A DNA stretch of 45,707 nucleotides, from positions 1 to 45,707 of the forward strand of contig CAZVMV010000009.1 in NCBI GenBank assembly GCA_964628855.1. Direction: 5' to 3'. This DNA comes from an uncultured Gammaproteobacteria bacterium. Its GTDB lineage: Bacteria > Patescibacteriota > Patescibacteriia > UBA10025 > JAHIVO01. The position numbers and the translations under genes were made by a program. Of this stretch, positions 45,639 through 45,707 are shown one piece after another. A model generated the notes under the pieces. The model was given only the letters and a program-made list of their open reading frames with translations. It was not told the DNA's origin and did no database searches. Every line of letters begins with the position of its first letter. Within the stretch, counting starts at the first letter, position 1.

Positions 45639-45707
45639 GCCGTTGTAGCTCAGTTGGTAGAGCAACTCCATGGTAATAAACAGGTCCTCGGCAATAATCA
45701 AGAAAAG
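45639..45707 (+). tRNA. tRNA-Thr(GGU) 5' part, truncated by window edge and apparently interrupted after the anticodon loop
   Basis: GCCGTTG TA GCTC AGTTGGTA GAGC A ACTCC ATGGTAA gives a perfect acceptor 5' strand, D-arm and anticodon stem 5' strand, with anticodon GGT. The following sequence TAAACAGGTCC... cannot pair with ACTCC. Confidence 0.5.

Noticed and set aside
1-45707. Alternative genetic code (UGA recoding, code 4/25)
   Set aside because: tmk terminates with TGA at 3364-3366 at the expected protein length, and standard-code ORFs give full-length conserved proteins throughout.
1-45707. CRISPR arrays, transposases, integrases, toxin-antitoxin pairs or known defence-system genes
   Set aside because: No short regularly spaced repeats, no cas-like, transposase, recombinase or recognisable defence domains were seen. 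The accessory content is composed of membrane or secreted proteins, peptidases and small regulators.

Overview
The window is a gene-dense, bacterial-type chromosomal segment of about 45.7 kb with short intergenic spacers. Most genes have Shine-Dalgarno sites, but some appear leaderless. TGA is used as a stop codon (for example in tmk), so the standard genetic code applies.

Most of the content is housekeeping:
- a ribosomal protein L1 tail, then a compact thymidylate island (dCMP deaminase, thyA, a membrane protein, folA, tmk);
- gatB, a PyrD-family dehydrogenase and an AsnA-like aspartate-ammonia ligase;
- hpf, miaA and miaB; thrS with a structured leader; dnaE; a SEDS-family rodA/ftsW gene; L25/Ctc;
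- the rpmE-prfA-prmC operon; rpsB-tsf followed by a RicT/YaaT (PSP1) gene and a TPR protein;
- a 5' tRNA-Thr(GGU) fragment at the right edge.

Between these sit accessory-looking genes:
- two tandem DUF3048 paralogs;
- a 730-aa SPFH/flotillin-like membrane protein;
- M32 and M24 peptidases;
- DUF1801, lipoprotein, RecX and tandem zinc-ribbon genes, plus a pair of secreted proteins, one of them Cys-rich.

Several things are not explained by the CDS calls:
1. A 0.9-kb ORF-free, GC-rich, structured region (13.75-14.66 kb) carries RNase P RNA-like motifs in the correct order.
2. The thrS leader contains a T-box-like GGGUGGAACC element and an attenuator.
3. A leader or small-RNA region with tandem hairpins lies upstream of the PyrD-like gene.
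4. Two unlisted small ORFs are present; the first has a strong RBS.
5. At least five genes are clearly more GC-rich than the backbone and look horizontally acquired.
6. The tRNA-Thr fragment appears interrupted straight after its anticodon loop, which may be an intron.

I found no CRISPR array, transposase, integrase or recognisable defence system.
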